Under the pieces are notes generated by a model. The model searched no databases and was not told where the DNA came from. It saw only the letters and a program-made list of their open reading frames with translations. A stretch of 64,000 nt of DNA from Fistulifera solaris. Lineage: Eukaryota. Made by a program: the position numbers and the translations under genes. The stretch covers positions 248,001-312,000 of the forward strand of contig AP026134.1 of assembly GCA_030295235.1 (NCBI GenBank), read 5' to 3'. This document shows, one piece after another, positions 1-11,406 of the stretch (its first letter is position 1; each line of letters begins with the position of its first letter).

Positions 1-665
1 ATAAATTCACTATAGGAGATATTCGTTGACACCCTTTGCCCCGAAAGGACGAAAAGTCATGTTCTCCTACCAGCATATCGGCAGCTTGTTGCATGGCTTC
101 AATGTTGAGAGGATTCTGGGAATGAATTCTCCAAGCCCGATCCCATTCAAAAGGTACCATCCAATCCAAATCACCGTCATGCGAATGAATGATGCGATAA
201 ACATACGTCCGTTGGGTGGCACTGAAACGAGCATTCCAATCCACCAGCAAAGGTTGTGTCGGATCTTGTTGTGCCCATGGATTGGGCATTTGTTGCGGGG
301 CTTCCATGACACGGAGAATCCGTACATCACGATCGATGCGTTCTCGGAGGAGTCGTCGTTTCCCTTCCTCTCTTTCATGTAGTCGTTGCAAATAAAAATT
401 TAAGCCCCTATGAATTTGTTCACACGTCCATTTTTGATGTCGAAGATCGACATGAAACGTATTTTGAGGGCATGCACGCCCCGATCGGTGCGACTACTGA
501 CTTGGAGGTTTTCCCAGGTAGTACCCGCCAAGGATTGCAACGCTTGACGTACACAGCCTTCGACGGTGCGATGCTGCTCTCCTTGATACGAGAATCCCAA
601 AAGGAGGATCCATGGTATTGGAGACTCAAAAGGTAACGCTGAAACCCTCCCCGCACGGCTGCCAT
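1..665 (-). CDS. tRNA pseudouridine synthase, TruA/Pus family (3'-truncated by window edge; several frameshifts)
   Basis: Joining frames gives RYLLSLQYHGSSF+LGFSYQG...TVEGCVRQAL...SSRTDRGVHA (TruA catalytic RTD motif); frame breaks fall at homopolymers. Confidence 0.8.
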
Positions 666-1040
666 GGTCGTTTGGGATCTGAAAAAAAATGAAGGAACAA
701 AAACAACTAATCTCATCGTCGTTCGTCGTGTGGACCGTGTGGACGGACAGAGCTAGCGAGACGATGGACAGACACACTATTATTATTATTATTTGAAGTT
801 TTGGGTTTTGGGGGTACCAGTAAGGTTTACGGGGTATTTCCTTCCAACGACGACTCGAACCTAAATCCAGTCCCTACCTGGAAATGACTAGAGGTCCGTC
901 CTTCACACGCACAACAATAGATGAACGAGAAACGGTTGCGACACAAAACAGCACCAAAGCGATCATTTGTTGGCATTCAATCCGTCATAATTCACCAGAA
1001 CAAAGGCATTCGTTCATTCGTTCAACTATTTCTCGAAAGA

Positions 1041-1804
1041 ATGATACATGTCGTTAACGATTGGTTGGGAACATTCGTTTTCTGGTCGGTAATTCTCGTG
1101 GTTTGTTACATTGTCCTAGCTTTGCTCATACACATTCCCAGTCTTCTTCGTCCTACTATCATTCATTATCCGTGGCCTTTGCTGAAAGAAAAAGAAGATG
1201 TTAAGGTCGCATTGGCGGGTTCCTACAATCCACCGCATCGGGGACATTTGGCGATGCTTCTGTATCTTTCGAAACGATACACTCACGTCCTGGCCATCCT
1301 GGGAGTCAATCCTGTCAAACAGTATCAGGTTTCTCCCGAAACACGGGCGGCCTTGTTACGAAAAATGTTGCAGGAGGCGGGCGTGACGAATGTACAAGTA
1401 CAAGGTACGTTACGACCGTATGTGTGCGGAACAAAGCCGGAATGGAGGACTCAACCGACGTGTGTATCCTTCCAGTGGTACAAGGATACATATGGCGAAG
1501 TGCCAAACGACAAGGCGTCCGTCTCTTCTTTCGCGGCATTCGTAGTTGGTCACAGGATGGTCGGGAGGAACGACACTTACAGTTTTTGAATATTTGGGGA
1601 CCCTTGTTGTACGGACCTTTGGTTTGGCCCATTCCGACCCGTTATTTGGAAGGGAAACCGGAATACAATCACGTGAGTTCGACGTTGGTTCGTGACATTT
1701 TGGGGCGGAATGATGATTCGCAAAAGCCAGCGTTGCAACAGTTGGTACCCGACTGTGTAGTTCATGACATTACGCGCTTGTATGGTTCTATCAAAGAATC
1801 TTAG
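1041..1804 (+). CDS. coaD: Phosphopantetheine adenylyltransferase-like (HxGH nucleotidyltransferase) with N-terminal TM; intron 1405-1475
   Basis: GSYNPPHRGHL, FFRGIRS and HVSSTLVR motifs; 71-nt GT..AG intron joins ORFs 921-1589 and 1424-1804. Confidence 0.8.
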
Positions 1805-2057
1805 ACAGCAACAACCACACACAACAAAAACGGCGATTCATGCGAGGGAGAGACTTGTGTTGGCATGAAAAAGATGACGATCATCCAGCGCTTTCCGTTA
1901 CTCTTGATGCACTTTGCCTCTACTATTGCGATTTTACTATGCAACAAAGGATGGAGTGTATGATTGTATTCTTTGACTAACAGATGGAGATCTTGATCCA
2001 ACAATTAACGCCCGACCGCAATCTATATTTTTAAGTCACACACAGAATGCCGTTTCA

Positions 2058-3315
2058 TCATTCATTCGCCGTGTCAGCAAGGTTTCGAGAACTTTGCAAT
2101 TGCTGCAGCACTGCTTTGTTCTGGTAGATTTTTCGCGCGGCTCCCAAATCTTCCCAGAAGACCTAACAAAGCAACCAAACTTAGACAAACACACAAAAAA
2201 GTCAACGATGCCGATTCAGGAACGTACCTTCTTTTCGATCGGAAGCACTTCTTTCATTCGAAACATGAGCATACTTGAAATCCAAATTAATATAATGTTT
2301 GCAACTGTTATGCCTGTATAGAACGAACGGAAATTTGAGAAAGCATTCATCCGAAAACGTGATACCTGGTAAGAAGTGTATTTCACTGACCTATAGAAAT
2401 TCGACCCATCTGCCTGTAGTCATCGTAATCATAAACTTCACCATATCCTGGAATATTATTTCGAATTTCGGCTTCTTCTTCGGTAAGGACCAGGACATCC
2501 GAATGACGCGTAAAGATATAAGCGACCCAAATGATACCTGTGTTGACTGCTGGCGGCAACAAAGACGCGGAAATGGCCACTCCTACCAAGGAACTTGTGT
2601 TGTCATCGAGAAGAGATACTGCCACGCCCAAGCCGGAAAAGAACGCCACCGGACAGGCTACATAGAGATTGATTACATCACCTCGCGATTCCATTTCCGG
2701 CGTGGGCCAATCATCGGACAAACTCGTTGGACCCGTGACCAATCCAATCAGAGCACCCATGACAATGCAGATCACTAGCGAAGCGAACTCCACCACCATA
2801 GCTCGCTTCACCATGGCCCAATCACGAATGGTGGTTCCGTAGGCCAGTCCGATGACTGGGCCCATAATCGGCGACACCAACATGGACGCCAGTATCGTGG
2901 CGTTGCTGTTGGATACCAATCCGAGCCCCGCCAAAACGGAAGCCACCAATAGGAGGACATTGTAGTTGAAATTCATATAAAATCCTTCCTTAATTTTTTC
3001 GTGCACTGATGAAGTGTAATAGACGGAATTAGGAGCGGACAAAAAACAAATGGAACAGAATTAGATGACCGTCAGAAACAACGGAGTGCATTATGACTGA
3101 AACTACGAAATGAGAAACGTACTCTCTCGAACGCGGCTCACTTGCTCGGTTGAGAGCTCCGCCACTTCATTGTCATCCACAAATATTTTCACAATGTCAC
3201 GAAACTTGACGTTGCCCGTCAGGCTGCTCACTTGTTCTTTTACAGCTTCAATGTGATCACTGTGAATGGGTGCGACCAGTCCGGGTCGACTTGCTGCGGA
3301 TTCCGACACGCTCAT
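2058..3315 (-). CDS. DUF389-family multi-pass membrane protein, copy 1 (4 exons)
   Basis: ASMLVSPIMGP and LVGVAISASLLPPAVNTG motifs; GT-AG introns (e.g. 3006-3122); stop TGA at 2058-2060. Confidence 0.75.
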
Positions 3316-3868
3316 ATTCGTAGATATAATGCGTAACGCGGTCTGTGGCTTTCAAAAACACAGGAAGACTAACAACGGCTAAAACAAATCGGTTTTTTTG
3401 TTCGTCATAACATGCGCGATATGGATTTTGGAAACCAGTGATCGCCGAAGGCACTATCACCTTTGGAGTAGCACGTCTGCTTTGGAGAACTTGTGAAGAA
3501 CTAGAGCCCAATGCTCACTATCTGGAGAATAGTACGTGGTTGACACCATTGGTCAACTGGCCCAGAAATGTTGAACAACAAAAGAGAAACCACAACCAAC
3601 AGCCAGAGGGCAACATGCAACATTGTAAAGGAGACCGATTTGAAGTAAAACAATGTTCACCTTCTTCATGAAAACACGCGGTGAATGTCCGAGAAAAATA
3701 GAGAGATGAACGTTCAAACTATAAAGAATCACGTGTCAACGGTATGACACCTGTAACTTTCGCGTCAGTTGGTCTATCCGTTTTTCCAAGTATCTTCAGA
3801 CCAATATACATCTTCTCTAACCGATATCATTATCTAGTCGCAAAATTTGGTGATGTTGAATCTTTTTT

Positions 3869-5167
3869 TCAGAGTCCATCATCACACATCCGAGCGAGAT
3901 TGTTAGATGACCGAACTGGCTGCAGGACCGCCCGATTCTGGTAAATTTTTCGCGCGGCTCCCAAATCCTCCCAAAAGATCTGAAGAAAAGTGAGATTGGA
4001 TATGCGTGGGTCGATAGGGACGAAAAAAGCATTACAAAGCGTACCCTCTTTTCAACGGGAAGTACCTCTTTCATGCGAAACATGATCATGCTCGAAATCC
4101 ACACCAAGATTACGTTTGCTACCGTTATGCCTGTATTTCCGACCAGATCCGTGCATGATGAGTTTCAATATAGTAGCAAAACAGATATGCCCATGGAATC
4201 CTTACCTATGGATGTACGTCCCGCCTGCCGGTAATCATCAAAATCGGGAGGATAGACGTACTCGGATAAGGCGTCATTTTCCGCAACTTCTGCCGGGAGA
4301 ACGGCTCTCGAATGGCGCGTAAAAATATGAGCCACCCAAATGATACCCGTATTCACAGCGGGCGGCAGTAAAGACGCAGAAATAGCCACTCCTACCAACG
4401 AACTTGTGTTGTCGTCGAGAAGAGATACGGCGACGCCTAGACCCGAAAAGAACGCGACGGGACAGGAAATGTATAAATTGACAATATCACCTCGAGATTC
4501 CATTTCCGGAGTAGGCCAATCATCGGATAAACTTGTCGGGCCCGTGACCAATCCGATCAAAGCCCCGATGGCAATGCAGGCAAATATGGAAATGAGCTCC
4601 GTCATCAGAGCTCGCTTTACCATGGACCAATCACGAATGGTGGCTCCGTACGCCAGACCAATCACGGGACCCATGATGGGAGAGACCAGCATTGACGCGA
4701 TCACTGTAGCATTGCTGTTGGAAACGAGACCGAGACCAGCCAGAATGGAAGCTACGACCAGCAGAACGTTGTAATTAAAGTTCATGCGAAAGCCGTATCG
4801 TATTTTTTCATGCACTGTACGATAAACAAGATGAAAACAGCGAATCATGCATAAGGTTAGGCACCACCGGGTACAAAATTTGCCCATTAAAGACGGGAGG
4901 CGTCACAATCGTCGTTTGCAAGCGCCAAAAGAACTTACTTTCGCGAATCCGTTTGACTTGCTCGGCGGACAACTCTGCAATCTCCGTGCAATCTACAAAT
5001 ATTTTCACAAAATCACTCAACTTGACATTGCCTATCAAGCCAGTGGTTTCCTCGACAGGCTCAATGTGGTGCGTTTCGACAGGTTTTACCTGTGCTGCTT
5101 TCGGTAACAGCACTGCGGGCATCTCCCCCGCTGATTCGACGGAAACTCCATTGTCTGAAGCACTCAT
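3869..5167 (-). CDS. DUF389-family multi-pass membrane protein, copy 2 (tandem paralog, 4 exons)
   Basis: Near-identical protein core to copy 1 with matching intron positions; stop TGA at 3869-3871. Confidence 0.75.
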
Positions 5168-5474
5168 CGCTCACAATTGAAAGGGCAGATTGAAAGGAAA
5201 AAATATTACAGAGCAGGAAACCGCAGTTTGCAGATAGATCATCAACAAAACATGAACGAAAAACGAATGATAATGGAAACGCTTCTTTATTGCCACGATA
5301 GATAGCGTTTCTGGTTGTTTGACTCCGTTTAGAACGAATCCCGTTTCATTTTTAGTAGCTCGTTGAGTCCCATGAGAAACACTTCGATTTCTGATATCCT
5401 CCCACAACCACGACTGGTTTTGCAATCTACACTACTCTAGGAATAGTCGCATCGCGACTGTATAACGCACGTTT

Positions 5475-5804
5475 AGACCTCTGTCCGTTCCCAGTTCACT
5501 CCAACAGGGAGGGAGTGAACAGGGATTTTGATCGAACAAGGAGTGAACTGGGAGCATTCCCTGTTCGCATTAATGAGTCCCGTTTACGAAATATGGTAGT
5601 CAGTCCCTAATCCTTAACGCTTTAGATTAGAGATTTTCTGTTGATTTACCGCGCAAACAAAGGAATAAAGGTCTCTGATTGCCGGTCAGACGTCCACCCA
5701 CTCATTCCCTGTTAAACAGGGAATTGGGAAAATGAACGAGGAAGGGAATTGAACTGGGATCCCAGTTGGGAATTCCCTGTTAAACGGAGAACGGACAGAG
5801 GTCT
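5475..5804. mobile_element. Non-autonomous DNA transposon (MITE), 330 bp
   Basis: Perfect TIR AGACCTCTGTCCGTTC (5475-5490) / GAACGGACAGAGGTCT (5789-5804); flanking direct repeat ACGCACGTTT (5465-5474 and 5805-5814); internal subterminal repeats GAACTGGGA/TTCCCTGTT; no ORF. Confidence 0.92.
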
Positions 5805-5904
5805 ACGCACGTTTTCACTGACTCGATTTTCGCTCCATCAAAAAAAAATATAAACATCATCGCAACTCTAAACGCAAAATTTTGTGAATTCCGACCCATA
5901 AGTT

Positions 5905-6765
5905 TTGTATCGAATGCATTTCGAACTCATCGTCACTTTGTGTTTGCTCGCTTCCCTCTTTTCGCCATTTTTATCGTCTCGAACGAAAGCAGCGAGTATA
6001 TTCCTGGGTTTCCTCAATGAAATTGACGCATTGGTCTTCACTGGTATTGACGTGCAGCGCCTGGATTGCTCCTCGAAAAACGTTCTATCGCACTTCCATC
6101 ATCATGCCCCGCGGAGTCAAAAGGAGCATCTGCCCTCAAAACTATGTATCATGTGCCATCGTCCTTTTAACTGGCGGAAAAAATGGGAACGTTGCTGGGA
6201 TGAAGTGACGACTTGCTCCAAATCCTGCAATCGACAACGTCGTGCGGACCAACAACAAATGACCCGGAGACTTACCACGACATTGACATTGGCTTCCCAT
6301 TCAAAGGATGAAAACGTCGTGGTAGGTTTCGATACTGAAATGGACGTTACCATGAGCAAAATACAATCAGCTTTCGAACAGCACATGATCGACGATGCTA
6401 GTGTCGGATCAAGTTCATCAGTCGAGTTTGCCGGTACACTTTCTGTACCAAACAATGACGCCACAAAGGATCAAAATGATGAGATTTTAGATCCTCGAGC
6501 CGCTCGCAAAGCTGCCAAGAAACTCGCCAAATCGGAACGAAGAGCGAAACGAGAAGGAAGAGCTGATTGTGGTCAAAAAGCCTGCGACGTGTGTCAAAAG
6601 TCGGTCAATTTACTCATCCGCTGTACCGTCGATGCGTCGGGCGAATGGAAAATGGTGTGTGGCAAATGCTGGCATTCCGTCAGTGGAGGGGTGGTGGACG
6701 GCGATGCCAATCATCCTCATTATCGGTACGGAGGGCTATGGAAGAATCGTTCACGAAGTGCTTGA
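5905..6765 (+). CDS. DUF2256-like Cys-rich (zinc-binding) protein; true start probably ATG ~6104 with an A-run frameshift
   Basis: MPRGVK+KEHLPSKLCIMCHRPFNWRKKWERCWDEVTTCSKSC; second CxxC..CxxC domain ending YRYGGLWKN. Confidence 0.7.
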   Translation: MYRMHFELIVTLCLLASLFSPFLSSRTKAASIFLGFLNEIDALVFTGIDVQRLDCSSKNVLSHFHHHAPRSQKEHLPSKLCIMCHRPFNWRKKWERCWDEVTTCSKSCNRQRRADQQQMTRRLTTTLTLASHSKDENVVVGFDTEMDVTMSKIQSAFEQHMIDDASVGSSSSVEFAGTLSVPNNDATKDQNDEILDPRAARKAAKKLAKSERRAKREGRADCGQKACDVCQKSVNLLIRCTVDASGEWKMVCGKCWHSVSGGVVDGDANHPHYRYGGLWKNRSRSA

Positions 6766-7052
6766 TTGATACATTAAGATGACTTATTTATTTTTGGGGT
6801 GTGAAGACGATTTTCAGTTCCGCAATGTAATAAAAAATAGTTGAGCCTTGGTGGAACCGGGGATGGACACTTTAAATCACGCTTGCCTATGCACGGACGG
6901 CGGAAGGGCGTTTGCATAAAACCACGAAATCGTTTTCGAAGAAATAATAACAGCGCAACAACGTACAAATACTAGTAATAGACCATTGTTTCTCCACTAT
7001 CCAGTTCGATTTCGTAATATCATCCACCATAACAAAACCTGCTATCCAAAAG

Positions 7053-8849
7053 ATGGATCCTCAAGGAGAAAGTAGTACGGGCTTGTCACGAGCAGCGAAG
7101 AAACGGGCGAAAAAGAAGCAGAAGTTGAATGTGGATCGAAACGACACGGATCCGGCAAACACACAGCCTCCAGTCGAATCCAGCAGCCATGCGAAGGAAG
7201 GGACATTGAAAGACTCGGACAATAAACTCTTACAAAAACGTAAATTTGTTCGCGTCAAGGAAGATGTGGAGGAAACGGTAGCGAGTGGAGACGATGTTGA
7301 TGATGATGATATATTGTTGCAGCCTCCTCTGCAGTGTCAGACGCTGGTTGAGATTCTAAAAGATACCAAGAATACTATGACCGCGCGCCAAAGATCTCGT
7401 GCGACGCTCGAATTTCTTCTTGGCAAAGTGTCGGTAGCGGAATTTTATGCCAAGTATTGGGAGCAAAGCCCGCTTTTCATACAAAAGACGACCGATAAAC
7501 ACACCAGGCGATTCGAGCACTTGCTCTCTAAAAGCAAAATTAAAGAAATATTGCAAGAGAAAGCAACTTACTATGGGCGCGACTTGAATGTGGCACGGTA
7601 CGAAAAGTCCAAAGATGGCGTAAAACGACGTGTAACGTTGGATCGGTTGAAGGATAAGGTTGTCTGTGAAGAAGATCCGACGGATGTAAGAAATTTCGTC
7701 AAGGTAGATCCAGATGATATTTGGACACACTACGAACATGGCTGCACGATACGACTCTTGTGCCCACATGAACATTCCGATGAGATACAGGCATTGCTGA
7801 GCACATTAGAATTGGAATGGGGTTGCATGGTGGGGGCAAATGCTTATCTAACTCCTCCCAATAGCTCACAAGGTTTCGCACCCCATTATGATGACATTGA
7901 GGCATTTTGCTTGCAGTTGGAGGGAAAGAAGAGATGGAAAGTGTACGCTCCTCTCAATCCAGGCTCCGTATTACCTCGCTTTTCGAGTTCCGACTTCAAG
8001 GAGGAGGACTTGGTTGGGATTCAGCCCTTACTGGACGTTGTCTTGGAAGCAGGTGATATGTTGTACATGCCTCGCGGGTGGATACACCAAGCGTGTACTT
8101 TGCGTTCTGGTGCAGAAGAGAATGAACATTCGTTGCACTTGACGGTATCGGCTATGCAACAGTGGGCATGGGCTGATTTGATGGAAGTTGTTTTTCCCGA
8201 AGCAGTCCAGGCTGTTGCAGAAAGTGCGACGTCGAATGAACTTCGTCAGGGTCTTCCCCGCAATTTCCTCGACTACATGGGAGCGATGCACGACAATAAT
8301 CCCGACAAAATGCCAGAGGCGCTCAAAATGTTGGCCAAGAGAGTTGAGTCGCAGGACGATGAAGATGCCAAAGCAAAAGCACTTAAACGACAAGAAAGGT
8401 TTCGCTCGGAAGCGAAAAAGAGGATTATGGCCGTTGCAAACGAGGCTATGGAACTTTTAGACGCTGCATGTGATCAAATGGGGAAGCGTTTCATTTCTGA
8501 TCGTCAACCCACTGCCTGGTCCGAAGAAGAGAGGAAGGTATTGTATGCTGAAACAAAGCTTCTTCCGTCACATTTGTGTCGCCTTGCTCGTCCTGGAATA
8601 GCTCGTCTTGTTCTTGAAGATGACAAAGCAATTGTTTATCATTGCAATGACAATGCCCGTACCTACCGTACCCATGCATTGAGTCCACTTGAATTCGAGC
8701 TTGACGACGCCCCAGCCATTGAGCAGCTTTTGGGAACAACGGAACCACACTGGATATGCGTCGCGGATTTGGTTCATGATACGATAGAGGATAAAGTCGG
8801 TGTCGCTCAGGCATTGTATGATGAGAATATACTGCTTATACGAGAATGA
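7053..8849 (+). CDS. JmjC ribosomal oxygenase, NO66/RIOX1-like
   Basis: GANAYLTPPNSSQGFAPHYDDIEAFCLQLEGKKRW and LEAGDMLYMPRGWIHQA (HxD...H); intronless 598 aa. Confidence 0.92.
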   Translation: MDPQGESSTGLSRAAKKRAKKKQKLNVDRNDTDPANTQPPVESSSHAKEGTLKDSDNKLLQKRKFVRVKEDVEETVASGDDVDDDDILLQPPLQCQTLVEILKDTKNTMTARQRSRATLEFLLGKVSVAEFYAKYWEQSPLFIQKTTDKHTRRFEHLLSKSKIKEILQEKATYYGRDLNVARYEKSKDGVKRRVTLDRLKDKVVCEEDPTDVRNFVKVDPDDIWTHYEHGCTIRLLCPHEHSDEIQALLSTLELEWGCMVGANAYLTPPNSSQGFAPHYDDIEAFCLQLEGKKRWKVYAPLNPGSVLPRFSSSDFKEEDLVGIQPLLDVVLEAGDMLYMPRGWIHQACTLRSGAEENEHSLHLTVSAMQQWAWADLMEVVFPEAVQAVAESATSNELRQGLPRNFLDYMGAMHDNNPDKMPEALKMLAKRVESQDDEDAKAKALKRQERFRSEAKKRIMAVANEAMELLDAACDQMGKRFISDRQPTAWSEEERKVLYAETKLLPSHLCRLARPGIARLVLEDDKAIVYHCNDNARTYRTHALSPLEFELDDAPAIEQLLGTTEPHWICVADLVHDTIEDKVGVAQALYDENILLIRE

Positions 8850-8946
8850 TAACTGCAAGCAACAAATCTGTTTAAAATAAAATTTCACTACAATAAAGGA
8901 ACTTGTCCTACAATACCTTGTCTTCGACATACAGTAAGCCTCCGCT

Positions 8947-10682
8947 TCAAATAGATGCGGTTCGCTCGGTATCCTGCTGCATTGGTTGAGTAGCAGCTTG
9001 GAGTTGCGAAGCCAGATCAAAATCACCAGCACCAAGATCTCCTTTGTTCATACTTTCGTGAAGGTGACTGAGACCTGTCTCACCGGTCATTCCTTCTCCG
9101 GTTGCTGATTGCTGCTGCAAGAAAGAGCCGGCGGCGCCTCCCGCTGCCAAAGCCTCTTGCAGCTTGTTCAATGTGGCACTATCGACTTGTCCGGACGTGT
9201 TGTCCGGCATCGAACCGTTATCGTCCGGAAGGCTTGAAGGGCGTTTATCGACCTCCGGGTATGCATGGCTAACACTTTCTTCTTCTTGATTTTTCTCACC
9301 GTCGGATCCTCCTGCCTCCTCTGGCACATGCCCTTTCTCGTCATCATCCACATCCGCACCGGATCCTTTCTTCATGCGCTTCATCTTCATGCAAAGTTGG
9401 GGACAATCACGAACAAACATCTCATGAAAGTAAGAATTGTGGTCGTTGCCGGACACGATTCGTCGGAAGCCCCATCCATTCACCTAGTTGTGAGGAAAGA
9501 AAAGCGACAAAAAGTTGGTATTAGGGTTAGATTAGAAACCCTAATGCAATGAACGAACGATTGTTGCGACCCAAGGTCGAGTTTCAAATGAATGTTTCGA
9601 CCCAAGATCGACCTCCTGCTCTGAAAAGATTTTACGTACTTGGCGCATGAACGAAGCATACCTAGTTGTGAGGAGAGAAAGCGACAAAAAAGTAAGTTTT
9701 AAAGATCGACCTCCTGCTCTAAAAAAATCCCGAAAACTTACTTTGCATGACGGAAAAAAGAGGAATCACCACTTGCTCAAAGACCGGAGGTTTCAAAATG
9801 CGCCACGATCGCCCGTGTGGGTTCCAGCAAATGCATTCTTGAAACTCGGGATTCGCGAGGATTTGATGCAGTTTCAGAGGAAAGGGTGGCTCTTTCTTGC
9901 CCTTCCCGGCAAAAGGTTCAGCCCATTCGACTTCTGGCTTGTCGGTTTTTGGCGCTTGAGGATTCATGAGCCCCGACCCCGACAAGGCCGAGGAAAGTTG
10001 CAAGGGCAGACCAGCTTGCGGCGGTCCAGCTTGTCCCAAATTGAGCCCAGCGGCAGCCATGACGGGCAAACCCTGTTGAAGCAGTTGCTGAGCCATTTGC
10101 AACTGTTGGAGCTGTTGCAATTGCTGAGGATTGAGTTGACCTCCCAACATCATGCCCGCGAGCGCCATGGGATTAAATAGACCACCTCCCAACAAAAACT
10201 GCTGCGGATTAAACTGCTGCTGATTGTTCTGCTGCTGATTCTGGTTAAAAGGTTGTTGTTGCTGTGGTTGTTGAAAGTTAGGGAACGCCGTGGGCTGTTG
10301 CAACGTAGCAATGTCATTAGGGGCCACCATGATGCTTCCTGAGATACCGGTACCCGAATTGTCATCTCCGGGTCCCTTTTCCTGTGTACCACTGTTGTGC
10401 ATTTGCTGTTGTTGTTGCTGCTGTTGTTGCAACTGCATCTGAAGTTGCTGAAGCTGCTGCGGAGTAGCTCCATTGAGAAAGGGAAATCCGGTCGGTGCAC
10501 CATTGCTTTGTTGCTGTTGAGGCTGTTGCTGAGGCTGCGAAAAAATCTGGCTGGGCACGTTGTTGCTGTTATTATTTTGTGCTGCTGCGGCGTTTCCCTC
10601 CCCCTTCATTCTCGCCTTGAGAGGATTGCTGTTGAAGCTGTTGCAATTGTTGAAGTTGCTGCAATAAAGTGGAGGCGTCCAT
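8947..10682 (-). CDS. Heat shock transcription factor (HSF DNA-binding domain) with Q-rich N-terminus; introns 9662-9741 and 9484-9639
   Basis: FPLKLHQIL...ICWNPHGRSWRI...FRHAK|YASFMRQ|VNGWGFRRI...YFHEMFVRD; two homopolymer frameshifts need correcting (~10600, ~9755). Confidence 0.9.
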
Positions 10683-11406
10683 GGTTTCGTTTTTCAAATC
10701 AATCAGAAACTCTTTGCTTTCGGTTGATCAGAAGTCAATTGATTGCGTTTCTTGTTTGCTTCGCTGGCTGGACCGAAACAGGCGTTGTTCGCTTTGAGAT
10801 CTTTCTGAAGCCAGTACAAAATGAACGTTGATTTCTACGTGGAAAAGAAATTCCGTGCCTCACTTTCGGAAGGAGATGCGGAAAGATTCTCTTTGACGAC
10901 CTTCTTTTCGCAGACGATCTGCTGTTCCAAAGTACCCAAAGTACATGTTAAACGATAGTGGTTACGTTTACTTACAGCCTTGCCTCGGAAATTTCAACGG
11001 TTAGGGGCCGGCGAGCGCGTGTCCATTTCGAAAATCGCATAAGTAACCTTACCAGGTGTTACCAGGTAGTGCTTTTCGCTATATCGTGTCGTAGTACTTA
11101 GATTACTTGCCGAGAAAGTCTTTTTCCTTCCGCCAATCATGACTGCCTTCGGTGTCACTTTGTGTCATTTATCTGACGTCATCATAGACCGAACACCGAA
11201 CTTCGAAGAAAACCAAAAACGAGGTCACGGATTTGCAGGACCCGAAAGTTGGTTGTGTGACTACTTTTTGCTTTATACAAACGGTACAGCTCGGTAGAGC
11301 TCATTACTTTTTCTGCCGAGAAGGCAATTCAAAGCCTTTCTCATTCCATCATTTCCTTATCTATCGTTCCATTTTTTCATCGACCACAAGAAGGACCCAA
11401 GCTACA

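Noticed and set aside
9520..9545. TTAGGGTTAG telomere-like sequence
   Set aside because: Fewer than two units, inside an intron hairpin; not a telomeric tract.
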